The notes under the pieces are model-generated. The model did not search any database and had not been told where the DNA came from. It was given only the letters and a program-made list of their open reading frames with translations. A stretch of DNA of 64,000 nt from Amoebophrya sp. A120 (taxonomy: Eukaryota > Protista > Dinoflagellata): contig CAJINV010000019.1 in the NCBI GenBank assembly GCA_905178155.1, positions 502,475 through 566,474 on the forward strand. Reading direction: 5' to 3'. The position numbers were made by a program, and so were the translations under genes. Of this stretch, positions 11,901 through 24,900 are shown one piece after another. Numbering within the stretch: the first letter of the stretch is position 1; every line of letters starts with the position of its first letter.

Positions 11901-14900
11901 CCCCAGCAGCGAGCCCATGAGGAAGTACGTGCAGGTGCTGCAGGGGTCAAGCAGAAGCGGGGCCGTGAATTCGCTCAGCCTGATGGGAAACAGCGTGCTT
12001 TTGATCGCGGGCAATGACGGAGTGATGTACACGACGAGCCTGGCAAGAGAAGGCTTGAAACTATACCAAGAAGCGGATAAAAGTACTTTATTTTTGGTCA
12101 AATTTCAGATTCTAGCATATTAACCTGACTCTGTCTATTCACGTGTTGAAAAATTGAATCTTTGCATGTCTGTGCATGAAAAGGAAATCAATACGTGAAA
12201 AAAATTCAAAACAAAATCAGACGGGACGGCGGCCCGCTTCGATGAGAAGCAGTGGGACAGCTACCGGACGCCACTCACCTTCACCGCAGTCGCAGACTGG
12301 AAATTACCGACGATAGAAGACAAACCCTCCGCGGTGAGGGACATCACCGATCCGGCCCATTTTTCCGTGCAGGAGGAAAAATTGAAGTCCGAATTGGAAA
12401 ACGCAAAAGCCGCAGCGGAAAAGAAGAAGGACCATGTCAGGAGCCAGATCGCGGCCATAAGAAAAGACCTGGAGCTGCTGAGGGCGAGCAACGTCACGTA
12501 TAAGTAGTTTTTTTTCTTAAAAATAAAAGATGTAGTAGATGAGTAACGCTTGTTCGCGAAAGTTTGGCATACTGTACTGAGAAGGACGAGACGAGTGGTG
12601 GACAACTGAGCCTTGTCGGTTCGATATGATATCATCTTCTTACTTTAATATGAAACGCAAACCCGTTAACAGCGACTCCGGGGCCGAATTAATCCCCAAC
12701 ATGGTGGCGGATCCGAGTTACATCGAAATCGTGAAGGCAGAGCAGCAACAGAAAATCGAAAACGTGCACACCGAACTCGCGTGGGGCATCGAGTACCACG
12801 AGGTGGCGATAAAGAAATTGAAGGAACGCTTTCTCGACGAATTGGACCACGATATCCTGTGCAAAAACGTCCCCACCCTAGAGCTGTCATGCAAATGCGC
12901 AATGATAGGAACATTTGTGATGCGCAGCCCCATGAGAGGCGTTTCCAGTCGCGTCAAAATTTGTATTATGCTGTTAACAGGATAAGAAATTGACTTTGTC
13001 ATGCGGCTTTCCTTGCCAACCACCACTACACTGCAGAGGGAAACTTGTCATGCACAGCTCCCAAAGCTTGTAGTTTTGTGTTGCTAGATTCCCAACTTGA
13101 CTCTGCGGCGGGGACGTTTTTGCAAAGGATACGCGAGCGCGTCGTGGTCCGCGCGTTTTTGACCCCCTCAAAAATCACGACCTTCCGGGTCAGCGGCCTC
13201 CCCGCGGCGCTGAAGGCGCACCTCGCGGGCCTGCACTCGTTGATTTTCAAATCCGGTGCGCAAACGATGGACGACGACGAAGACAGCGATTTGGACTTGC
13301 AGGACGGCACGAGCGTGAACAAGCTGAAGTCCTTGCAAGACTCCGCCGCGGTTGCGGTGCCGGGTGTGGCAAACCCGCTGGAAAAGGAAAAGGTCCTCAC
13401 CTCCGCGGAGATCCGGGCGGAGAGACGGGCGGCGCGGTTAGCGAGGAAGCAGGAGATGAAAAAGTTGGAAGCGACCAAACCCGGGCCGAACAGTGACGAT
13501 CCGCAGGATTTTATCCAAGAAAAAAACTGTGTTAGTGTAACTCTTTTGGGAAAACTGCATCACAAGTTTGTCTGCTATGATAGGAAAAACTTGTTATGCG
13601 CAGATACGAAGGGAAAACGCCTAGGAAGCGAGCCGATCATGCATGTCAAGCATGACATCAAATGTAACAGTTTTGCATTTTCTGCATCACAGATTTACAC
13701 TTACACAGTTTTTTTCTTGCATAGATCTGGACGCGATCCAGCTGGCGAAGGACACTTTGGGAAATTACTTGCTGAAAACCGCCCCAGACTACAAGGTATC
13801 CTGTGCAGAAGTATCGTACTCGTATTGCAATCATGCATTACAAATCTTTTTCTCAAGGTAAATCCGCATTACAAATTTTATTTGTCATGCTGAGAAAATT
13901 TGTAATGCATTTCTACGAGTACGATACAATACTTTCGCGATTCATACAAGGTTCCAGAAAACCAAAGAATCAATGCGGAGAAGAAAAGGAGACAAATGTT
14001 CTTATTGGAAGAATCGGTGCATGCAATCAAGATGGAATTCACGCAGAAGGTTTTGGCTTTGCGGGATTTTAAGGAGGAGGTGAAGAAATCCGTGAAGCGC
14101 GATTTAATCATGCTCGAGCAGATCGGGGGGTCCATCGCCGACAATTTGAAGGCGATGGTGGTCGGAAAAGAAGCGACGCAAATGGACGAATATCCGGAAA
14201 AGCGATTTGATTACACCGAAGAAGAATTGACGGACTTCGCAAAGACCGGGAGACTATTCGCGGACGAGGCGGGGAATGGAGCGGTAATTTTTTTTTTTGA
14301 CTGAGTGGTAGGATTTCGTTTTCCAAAGCCTGGCGCGCTTTTTACAAGTTCACTTCGCTTTATTATCTTGGATCCGCATTTTCAGTTGTAATATGGTCAA
14401 GTTTTGCTTTTCACAATGTAAGTATTCAAAAAAAATCAGGACTCCGCCCCCTCGCACGAATTTCCAACGGAATACGATATTCGGTCTGTCTATGCATTTG
14501 GAAAAAAGTTTCGCACTGTTGTTGTGGGGAAGTGAATTTTGTTGACAGATGTTTTTCAGTCGCGGCTGACATGCTGAGCAGGCGCCGCTTGATTTGTGAA
14601 CGAGTAAAGCACAAATACTTACTCCACTGCAAGCATGCGATACAACTTTTTTTCCCCCTGACACCAGTCGGCTTAGGAAGATGCAGATGCGGCAGCGCGC
14701 CATCACGAACCCGCTGTCAAGTTCCTCCAGCAACCCCCTGGCTAAAATGTGCATCGACGAGTACGAGCGAAGAACGGTTTACAACCGACAGCAGCTGGAG
14801 CAGCAAATCCGGGAAAAAATCGACGGATTTGACGAGGCGGTCTGCCAGTTAGAGAAGGAAAAAGCAAAACTTGAGTCCGATCTCAAGAACGCCCAGACGA

Positions 14901-16600
14901 AACTGTTACTGCTCTACGAGGAGCTTCAAACGCTGAACGACTTGGAAGCGGAGGACGCGAAACTGATGCAGAAGTCTTCCAAGTGCAAGCAGGACCGGCT
15001 GACCATCATGGCGCAGATCAAGGAGTGTCAGGACAAGCTGCAGGAGAAGCGGGACGAAATCGAAAACTGGAGGAACGAAGAACAAAACTTACAGGCCGAA
15101 TTCACCGACACGGTCGGGGAAACCAGCCCGTTTCTGCCCGTGCTGCTCAAGCTGTACAAGAAGAAGGTTAAGAGGAAGAAGAAGAAGGCAAAAGACAGCG
15201 ACGAATCCGGGGACTCGGACGAGGATAGCGACGACGACGACGTATCTTCTGGGAAAACACCATCGCACTCGCGTAAGGTGATTTGCAGCTGTTATTTGCA
15301 TGTTACAGCAGACTTTGTTCCCTATTGCCTGTGTCTGCATGACAAACTGCATTTTTTTCCTGGGTTCACTTGCTCATGCGATTTATAATTACACTAGTGC
15401 GATTAGTAGTTTTGGAATGCATAAAAGGATGATGATGACGACGACAGCGACGAGGAAGAGCAGGAGGAGGATGTGTGCCCGCAGGGCTGCGACATGAGCG
15501 TTTACGAATCGGTCTTAGAACTCCGAGACAAACGATTAGACATGGAGGACGCGTTGTTAGAGATTCAAAAAGCGGTCGAGGAGTTGAGAAGAAGTCACCA
15601 GAAATTGCTCTCCGACGAGAAAAAGATCGACAAGGAACAGGAGCAGGCAGACAAGGAGATCCAGGGGTTCCAGTCCGAAAAACAGAAAATGTTGAACAAA
15701 ATCGTGCTGGCGCTCACCCTGCGGTTGAGTCAGGTATACTGTAGTCAAAAATTATGTTACATAATGAAGCAACCAGAATTGTCAGACAATTCTGGTTGCT
15801 TCGTTGTGTCCACAGCATGGTAGTTCGATCTATGCATGAAAAGAAAGAACTAGGTCATCACGACGCAACGCAGGCGTTTTATGAAAACGAAAAATTATCA
15901 ACAACAGGTCCAATGCCTCACCGACCCAGAAAACGAGGGAGACTTTGCCCAGCTGGCTTTGAACCTGAACGACTACCTCGTGTTCCCGAACGAGAGACTG
16001 AGACTACTGATGCAACGCATCACGGAGCTGCACAACGAGAAGGCGAACGTGCGCAAGCAGTACAAGGCTTTGAAGAAGGAGTTTGTCGTCCGGGGGAAGC
16101 AGAAGAAGCTGGTCGCGGCGGAGATTGAAGATCTGGAAATCAAGTTTCAGGACCTGCAGCGGCTGAAATTCGGGCAGCAAATCGATTTGGACCTAATCGA
16201 GAAGGAGACGGAAGAAGACCCCTACATGATTGAGTTAGAAAACAAGATCGGGTCCGAGGAAAAGGAAATGAAGAAGACCAAAGCCCACTGGATGAAGAAG
16301 CTCGACGACGTGACGAAATTATTGCAAAGCGAAACGGACAGAAACACGGAATTGAACGAAAAGTTGGTGGAGCTCGGGTACCAGAAGGTCGAGTTGGACG
16401 AAACGTTGAACGCCAGAATCAGCAATGTCACGATCAACGACGACGTCACGCTAGAACTCCGGATAAAAGAGGAGGAGAAGATGCAAGAACAAATTTCGGC
16501 ACAGCAAGCGGAGATCCAGACCTTGCAGGCGGAAATCCAACTGTTCCGGAAGAAGGGCGGACATATCTACACCACGGTAACCTCGAACCGGCACAACTAG
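5919..16600 (+). CDS. CFAP44: Cilia- and flagella-associated protein 44 (WDR52/FAP44): WD40 repeats plus C-terminal coiled coil; multi-exon
   Basis: Spliced product contains [121 protein letters not shown] and FRKKGGH, all recognisable CFAP44 segments; 12 introners and about 12 GT-AG introns traced. Confidence 0.92.
5937..6086. mobile_element. Introner family B (150 bp)
   Basis: TIR tat....tgcaaaagtatcgtact; DR ctccg/ctccg; joins MSDEPP|PPAEE. Confidence 0.9.
6711..6953. mobile_element. Introner family A
   Basis: TIR; DR cagat/cagat. Confidence 0.9.
8154..8405. mobile_element. Introner family A
   Basis: TIR; DR ataaa/acaaa. Confidence 0.9.
8750..9041. mobile_element. Aged introner with degenerate TIR
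   Basis: TAT...ATA ends, weak TIR, DR tcgcc/cctcc; removal +5 nt gives HSP|YPASIQSL. Confidence 0.65.
9259..9511. mobile_element. Introner family A
   Basis: TIR; DR aacca/aacca; joins WD motif DGT|IRLYN. Confidence 0.92.
9776..10047. mobile_element. Introner family A
   Basis: TIR; DR ttcag/ttcag; joins GFS|PNAQF. Confidence 0.92.
10271..10532. mobile_element. Introner family A
   Basis: TIR; DR gaacc/gaacc. Confidence 0.9.
10597..10881. mobile_element. Introner family C
   Basis: TIR tatcctgtgtcaaaacgtccccacccc; DR ggatg/ggatg. Confidence 0.9.
10976..11283. mobile_element. Introner family D
   Basis: TIR tat....atgaaaaat.ccccc; DR gaagg/gaagg (also yields GT-AG). Confidence 0.9.
12853..13131. 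mobile_element. Introner family C
   Basis: TIR; DR cacga/cgcga. Confidence 0.88.
13512..13723. mobile_element. Introner family E
   Basis: TIR tat.caagaaaaaaactgtgt; DR gattt/gatct. Confidence 0.88.
13797..13946. mobile_element. Introner family B
   Basis: TIR; DR caagg/caagg (also yields GT-AG). Confidence 0.88.
15242..15427 (+). other. GT-AG intron that retains introner geometry (fossil introner)
   Basis: G|TAT...ATA aaAG|G, residual inverted aaaac....atcgcact at both ends, internal gcatgaca. Confidence 0.6.
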
Positions 16601-18952
16601 GTGCTGGGTTAGTTCACGCTTATCGTGTCCGATCATATTATTTCGGGTTGCGGTGCTGGGATGCGGTCGGAGGGGAGATGAGTAATAGACCGATTCCTTT
16701 GTTGGTCGTGCAGAACTTTTCATAAGTTAGCAGAACCAGCAGTGGGATTCACTTTGCGAAAATTTTACTTACACATCAGTTGTTATTCAGATTACAGAAC
16801 ACTAGGTATCAAAATCCAATAGCAGGGACGGAGAGTACAGCCAGTGGCTGTTATTGTGGCCCTCTCGTCCAGAATGTGAATCGTTTAGTGGTATTTTACG
16901 AAATAGATGGCGCTGCGGCGCTATGCAAACATCGGCACAAATTAGCAGTCGAAATTAAAAGTTTAGGATTCAATCAGATAGTGCTGTAGCTGTTGTAGAT
17001 GCGCTTATGCAGGAAAAAGTGCGTGTTAAGTATCCTTGTTAGTAACCTGACAAAAGATGAAATAGATCATTCGCTCTTATGTTTATCCATTTTAGCAACG
17101 TTTAGAGGCTGGAACGAGGCAGAACTCGGATGTCCTCTCGGCCTACTACTTCTTACGGTTTTATTAGCTTAGTATCAAACTGAAAGTTGCAAGCCGGAAC
17201 TTTTCGTCAAACTGGAGTAAACAACGCTATGCGGCGACTAAGCGCCGCAGCTGCGGTCTCGTGGCTGCAAAGAATGTCTTTTGTATGATTTACAGATGCT
17301 GTTGATGTAACTCAAGCTTCTCTGCTTTGAAAATGCTTCAGTGTGGAGAACACGCTGCAAAAATGCAGCAGCCGGAGGAAAGATCAGTATGTGTTCGCCT
17401 TGTCACGGTGTTGCGCCCACTCAGGTGCAACCCGCCTTCTCCTTTGGTGTACGCGAGGTTTCAATGCGTGCAAGCGCAATCGAGCCGAGACACCAGGGTC
17501 GGAGTATGATGCGCGGGCTGCGCGTGAATGCTATCCGGCCAGACTGCGGCGCCACTGCGTGGACAGCGCCCGGCCGCGGCTAAGGTGCGCGCGTGAAAAG
17601 TGCAGCGGCAACCGATTCCCTTCGCAGTTCCTGAAACACATCGCAGCCCACTTCGGCGCGAGCCAGGGGCTGCGCGCGGGGGCGCTGCCCAGCAGCACGG
17701 GAAGGCCGCGACGGCCCTTGCGGAGGTTGCCCGGCGCAGCGGGCAGCGCCTCGGAGGGCAAAGGACTGGCGGGGCAATGGGGGCGGGCAGTCCTTCGCCA
17801 ATGCCGCGCACGGGGAGCCCGCCAGCCTGTGCGCCTGGGGCAGTTCACCAGCGGCCCCGCCCCGGCGCGAGTTGTGTGCTTCGCCTCCCCACCGCCCGGC
17901 GCGATTAGGCGCCTCAATGCACCGCGGCAGCACCGTGCTGGAGCTCAATAGAGACGGTGGGGGCACTTCTCCGCCCGGCGGTATGAAGCTTCACGGATGC
18001 AATTAATCGGCCGGCGCCGGCCGCTACACTGGGGGCCGCAGCTTCGCCGGGCCGCTCTTAAGGGCTTGGCCGGTTTGGCTGGTGCCGCAGGAAGGCACCC
18101 GGGCCCGGGGCGCAGGGGGCCACTTCGGTGGGGGGGGGGGGCGTGCTACGGCTTGCGCCGCTATTGGCGCCGGCCAAATGGCCCGGCGCTTCGAGTGCTG
18201 GGCCGGGGGTTGCGTGTTGCCGCCCAAGCGAACTGCGAAACAACCTCAGCAACCTGACCGGCAGCGCCTTTCCTGGCGGCGGGCGCGCGCCCCCCGGCTG
18301 GACCTCCACAACACTTACCGGAAACGCGGGCCCGCTGGCTTTCTCTTTTGGCCTATGTATTGCGAATTTTCCGGGGCCCCCATCCGGGCGGCGGGTTCCG
18401 GCCCCACATTGCGGCCGGGGGCCCCGGCCCCGCCTTGCGGCCCCTTAGGGTAGCGCCCCCCTAGCCCGCGCGCACGCGCCGCCGCTCCCACGTGCAGAGG
18501 CGCGGCGGCATCGGCCGCCGCACGAGGCCAGGGCAGAGCGACGAGGCGCCACGGCGCAGCCCCAGCCGTGTAGAGGCGGCGGCCGGTCCATCCAAATACA
18601 AGGCCCATGTGGCGCCACTAACTCCATGCGCGGGGCTCGCTCCCTCGGGGATGCACGCCGCAAGACCGGGGTTTCACAGAGTGTGCGAGAAGACGCAACT
18701 CGAGGGCGAGCGTGAGATTTGTTTGTTCAGAGTGAGCCGTGCATTCATTACACCGCGATACCGGAGAGAGTTTTGCAAAAGCAAGCACGTGTTTTTTTTT
18801 CTAACGTCTGCGAAGCTTTTTCCGATCTGTGCCACTACAAAACGAGAACTGAATATTGTCGAAGGCACCTAATAAAAAAGGATGTTCGCACGCACGCATC
18901 CTGTCCGTACCTGAATGCTATGATTGATAAATGAAAAGCTCCGACCAGAGCG

Positions 18953-21900
18953 ATGCCTGCTCGCCGCATCTGGGCCGCTGGCTATCGGGATAGTGCGGGT
19001 CCGCAGATTCTGTCGTTGCTGCAGAAGTTTCTGGTTTTCCAGCATGCTGTCGAAGCGTCCCTCATCTCCTACCTCACAGGAGAGCAGGAGAATGCTGCTC
19101 CTGGTGCAGCCAACCAGCAGCAGCTCTATGATTCACCGTCGTCTGGGCTGGATCCAAACCACGACGGGTTGGCGGTAACTCCCACCACGTCTTTCGTCCA
19201 GTTTGAGACAAGAAATGCGCGGGCCCGGGAGTTCGAGTCGTCGGACCTGCAGCGATATGCTGTGCAAAAGCATCGTACTCGTAGTGATTGCAGTCATGCA
19301 TGACGAATCTGGTTCCTTAGCTTATTCAGCATTACAAATTCTATTGTTCCTTCTGGAAAGATTTGTAATGCTATTTCTACTAGTACGATACTTTTGCAAT
19401 GCATAAGCGACCCGGATCGCGGTACTTGGTCCAGCCGCAGATCCGGTACAGTACAGACCCGAACAAGAGACAACCGAGTGGCCGTCCATCCTCTCGTCGT
19501 CCGCAGCGTAATGTAGGGCACAAGACTTTCGGGCAGATCGTTACCAGCGCGGACGTGGATTTGTTGGTGAAGAAGCGCAGGAAAGTCGCGAAGAAAAAGG
19601 TGGTCAGCGAATACGACTACGGGTACAACTACGATTTCGGCTTTGGTGCCGACAACGACACCAACAACACAAACGCGACCGAGGAACCCACAACGGAGGA
19701 ACCAACCACCGAGGAGCCGACAACGGAGGAACCGACGACAGAAGCAGCCATAGACCCGGACAACACCACAACCCTAGCACCGGAGCCCACCCCGCCGCCG
19801 CCGCCCCCGACGCCGCCGAATCCCCCGGCAAACATCACCACAACGGTGTCGCCGTTAACACCGCCACCGGAGGAGGAGGAAGAGGAGGTGGTGCTGGTAT
19901 GTCCCAGCGGCTACGTGCAGCGGAACGGCGGCATTCCGGGTCCGGGGGATCTGGGCGGCGCGGGGACCCTGATTCAGTGCGGCGACCTGTGCAACACCAT
20001 GCCGAAGTGCCAATCCTTTGAAAGCAGTATGAAATGGGGCTGAGTAGAACAAAAGGGTGCAGATGAATCGGCAAGCTTGTTGCTTTGCTAAGTGGAGAGG
20101 GAGTTAGGTTTCTCGTCTGTGGTAGGCATGATGCGAAGATGATTTCGGCATAGCAATATGCATTGCGTTCTGCGCAGAAGACTGCACTCTTTTCGGTCTG
20201 ATAAAAAACGACGAATCCTGCCAGATCAATTACGGCCACGTTCCCACCGATCAAGCGGTAGAGGGCTTCATATTCTGCAGCAAAGGTACTATGGGTTGCT
20301 TCTTTAGAAGTAGATTTTGGGATTGAACAAGAGGCAGTTCTTATTAGGGTTGGAGTTCTTGCAGGGAAAAAATTGTGATGATGCTGCCCGTGTGCTGCAG
20401 CTCTGGTCGTGTGAGTGTTTTTTTGAAAAACAAATTGGCAATGGGAGACTTCGACAGCCATATAGATTCGGAATAGATTCCAAATAGATTTGAAATAGAT
20501 GGTTTCTGTTTTCCGAAAAAGCGTCTGCAGTTCTGCAGCACGCGATCGAACGGAGAATAAAAACAGTCACCGAAGTCGCGAGCTGGGCGAAAAATGAAAA
20601 CAATTCTGACCAAAATTTCCCGGGCCGATGAGAAGTGGCCACAAGGTGCCTGCCCTAGCCCGAGAAAGTGGCCAGGTGAAGGGGGTAATCTTGCAGCGCA
20701 AGCGCCGCGCTATGCTTTTAGTTGGGCCTAGACTCTCGGACCAAGTAAGAGCATACCCTGGCGCCTGGGAAAAAGATTGCTCTGGCCCGCAAAAGTTGGC
20801 ACAGGCGCCACGGCATTCTTTTGCCGGGGCTGCCAGGTTTTAAGGCCAGGCACTGTCACAGCGGTGCGCTTGTGATGCGAAATTAATTCTCCTGGCCCGA
20901 GAAAGTGGCCAGATCGATGATGGGGGCGCGTGGTGTTTCTGATGCGAAAATGTTCTGGCCCGAGAAAGTGGCCAGATAAGGGGGGGTGATCTTGAAGTAC
21001 AAGCAGCACGCTGTGCTCTTGCCTGGGCCTCTCGACTTTGAGGCCAGGTAAGAGCATAGCATGGCGCTTGGGAGGAAAAAAGGCCGCGTCAGCCGAAAAA
21101 AAGTTGGCCCAAACACCACGGCACTCTCTTACCTGGCCTGGCAAATTTTTAGGCCAGGTAAGAGAGCAGCGCGGTGTTTGGGATGCGAAAACGTCCCGGC
21201 CTGAGGTGGCCAGGAGAAAGAGACACTTTTTTTAGCACAATCGCCATGCTGTGCTCTTACCTGGGCCTCCAGATTTTGAGGCCAGGTAAGAGGATAGCAT
21301 GGCGCTTGGAAGGAAAAAAGGCCACGTCAGCCGAAAAAAAGTTGGCCAAAACACCACGGCACTCTCTTACCTGGCCAGGCAAGTTTTGGCGCCAAATTAC
21401 GGCCACGTTCCCACCGATCAAGCGGTAGAGGGCTTCATATTCTGCAGCAAGGGTACTTATCGTTTACTTGTCTTTTCCAAGTAGATTTTGTGGTTGACGA
21501 GGCGTTCGTTAGGAGTGGTTTTGCATGGAACACTATTCTATTGTGATGATGCCCGTGTAGTGCAATTCTGTTTGTCTGAAAATAAATGTTCTTTCGGAAA
21601 ACAATATGGATAACAAGAGTCCGTGAGACGACCATACCAATTTATTCTCAGCTGCCACCGAGTTTCCCGTCGAGATCGCTCCGGACATGATTCTGTTGAA
21701 GTTTCAGAAAGGGTCGGAGATGAATATGACCTGCTCAAACGTTACAATCTCAAGCGTTACAATAAAATATGGAAATCTGTGATGCAAGAGCGCATGATCT
21801 AGCCAACTCTCATAGGATTGCGCATGACAAGTTCCGGAGCCCCACCCCCCACTACAATCAGGCGAAATTTGTATTGCAGAACGTGGAACGCTCTGCGAGT

Positions 21901-24900
21901 CTGTCATGCTCATCATGCAAGACAAATCTCAGACTCTATTGAAACGTTTGAGATTGTAACAGCTGAGCAGGTTATAATGAAGTGTCCGGCGGGGTTTCAC
22001 GCCGCGAACGACGCGGAGTGCAACGCTCTGGCGATCTATCCACAGTAAATTTCCCGTACACGTACAAATGTGGTTTCTGCATTACAAAACTTGCCTTCAA
22101 TCCTAGTGCAGCATGACAAGCTGGGCTTTGCAAGGTAGCGAAATTTGTCATGCATTTTGTACATGTACAGGAAATTTACATTGCATACGATCAAAGAGGA
22201 CATGGACTTCGGCGGTTCCATCTACAATCGTGGCGAGCACATCGACGGCTGCACGCTCGCATGTATCGCAAAACTGTCTGAGTCAGGAAGAATGCAAGAT
22301 TTGTCATGCTTGTCTGGCATGAAACAAAAATCTGTGATGCATGGGCACGAAGCGGTCCTGTATTCTGTCATGCAAGCACGCAGCTTGCCATGCGGAACAC
22401 GCAACACAAAGGAGCCCAAAAAATTTGTCATGCTTGGCTCCGTATTGCAGTGGATGAACTCTCATTCACTTTTAGCATTACATTTTTCCAGACCCAGACA
22501 TATTTGCAATGCATAGCTCACCTACGCGGACAACAGTGAGGGCGCTGTGGACGTGCGCAACGAGGTGTTTTTCAATGTGCGACCCCCGGTGGCCGCGGAC
22601 AAACCGCCCACGAAGGGACACCGCATTTGCACCCCGGACGCGCCGGCGTTTGTTACCGGGTACGGGTTCGTGTCGCAGGGGGAGGAGTGCATCCCGAATG
22701 GGGGCTTTCGCGAGTGGGTGGAGGGCGGTCCGGACCTGATCGGGCAGCCGTGGTACTGCGCGCGGCAGTGCGACCTGGAGCGGGATTTCTACTGCGAAAT
22801 GTACAGCTCCAGCCCGGGTCGGTACTGCAAGCTGTACAGCGATTGCCGGCAAAAGGTGATGATCACCGGGCTGCGACCGTCCTATTTATACAAACGAATC
22901 GGTCCCTCGGCGAGCTATCAAAGTGAAAGAAGCCCCCACCCCATATCGAAAACGGAAGATGCGCGAATTTGTGATGCTGTATTTGAGTACACAAGTCGAC
23001 TTGTATTGCTAGAAGTCCAATAGACGACGCTGCAGCCTAAATTGCAGGCAATCTGTCATGCTGTTTCCCACTTCCAGTTGCCTCCGGTCATCCTGGAGCT
23101 GCAAGGCTTTCCCACGCTAGGCAGCACTACAGTCCGCATTTTTTGCCTTCTAGCATCACAAAGCTGATTTGTGGCCACAAATCTGCATCACAGATTTCCG
23201 TTTTGATATGGGGAGGGGGCATTTTTCATTTTGATACGATCTACCCGATCTTCATCGCGTCGGACTTCTACATTCTCCCCTACAACGGGGCGACCCGGAT
23301 GGTGTGCCCCAACACACTCCGCTACCCGACGGTGCAGGAGTGCGAGATGATGGCGATTCGGGAGGGTTTCGGCTGGGGCGGCGAAGTTTTGTTGCCGCAG
23401 TACCTGTATCAAAAGTAAAAATGTCTGGGTCTGGAAACTTGTAATGCTAAAAATGAATGGTAGACGCTACGCACTGCAGTACGCAGCTGTGCATGGCAAT
23501 TTTTTTGGCTGCCATGTCTTACGTATTTCGCATGGCAAACTGCGTTTTTGCATGACAGGTGCGAGGGCTTTTTCGTGCCTATGCAACACAGATTCTCGAG
23601 TCATGCTAGACAAGCATGACAAACTTGCATTCTTCCCGACCCAGACATTTTTGCATTTCATAACCTGTCCGGCTGCGTGATTCCGGTGGAGGCGGAGCTG
23701 GGGACGGCGATTGTGGAGATATCAAGTGTAAAAATGTCTGGGTCTGGAAACTTGTGATGCTGGTTGGCGTATCATGAGGCGGCCACAAGTGCTGGCTCAG
23801 CATGACAAGTTTCTCAGCTTCGAAGTGTTGCCTATTCTGCATGACAAACTGCGTTTCTGCATGACAAAAAAACGGGGCTCTTGGGTAACGTGACAGACTT
23901 TGGGGTCATGCTGGCAGAGCATGACAGATCTTCCATTCTTCCAGACCCAGACATTTTTACAATCCATAGGAGATCGAGAAGGACAACAGCAGGACGACGC
24001 TGTATTTCAACAACATGCCGGATGAAAACGTGCCGACGACGACCTCCACGACCACGACAACCACCACCACGACAACAACGACGACAACCACCACAACCTC
24101 CACTACCACGACCAGCACGACCACGCAAATGATCTACACCAATATGCCGCTCCCCCCGACCACGACCACGACGAGCAGCACAACGCACGCGCCGAACACC
24201 ACAGCGCCGGCGCCCGTGCCAACGACGTCGACCACGACAACGAGTACCACCACGCTCAAATACGTTCCGATGCCGAATACAACCCTGCCGCCAATCGTGA
24301 CGACAACGACCGCGGTGCCCACAACCACGACGGAGGCGCCGATCACGTTCCAGGAACCGGAGATCACAACGGTGGAGGCGAACACGACCTTAGCCGCGGA
24401 AACCACGACGGAAGTCCCCACGACGACCGAGGCGCCGACGACCGACGCCGCGACGATCGAAGCGACGACGCCGGCCGCAACCGAGGAGCCCACGACGCAG
24501 AACGCGACCCAGGTGTTTCAACCTGTGACGCAGGCCGCCCCGGCCTTGCTGAAGAGAAACGAGGAGCAGTTGGACCCCGGGTTAGATTCCAACGTCGATG
24601 ACGTCTGGCTGAACGGGGCCGACCAGCTGGACGGGCACACGGACATGCTGAGCGAGGAACAGTTGTACGGCGGTGCTGAGACCACCGGGACGGACTATCG
24701 AATGCAAATGTTTCTGGGTCTGTGAACTTGTGATGCTAGTACAGTGTACTTGCATCATGAAAAAACACAATTTCGACTGCAGCCAAAAATTATGACATGA
24801 CAACTTTGCAGAACGCTTTCTCATTCCTAGGTGCGTTTATTTTGTATGACGAAAGAGTTTTTATGGTTAGGCAAGACAAATCTCACAGGAAAACGAAAAG

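Noticed and set aside
17343-18663. ORFs or rRNA in the GC-rich island
   Set aside because: Overlapping low-complexity ORFs are expected from GC content; no rRNA hallmark recognised
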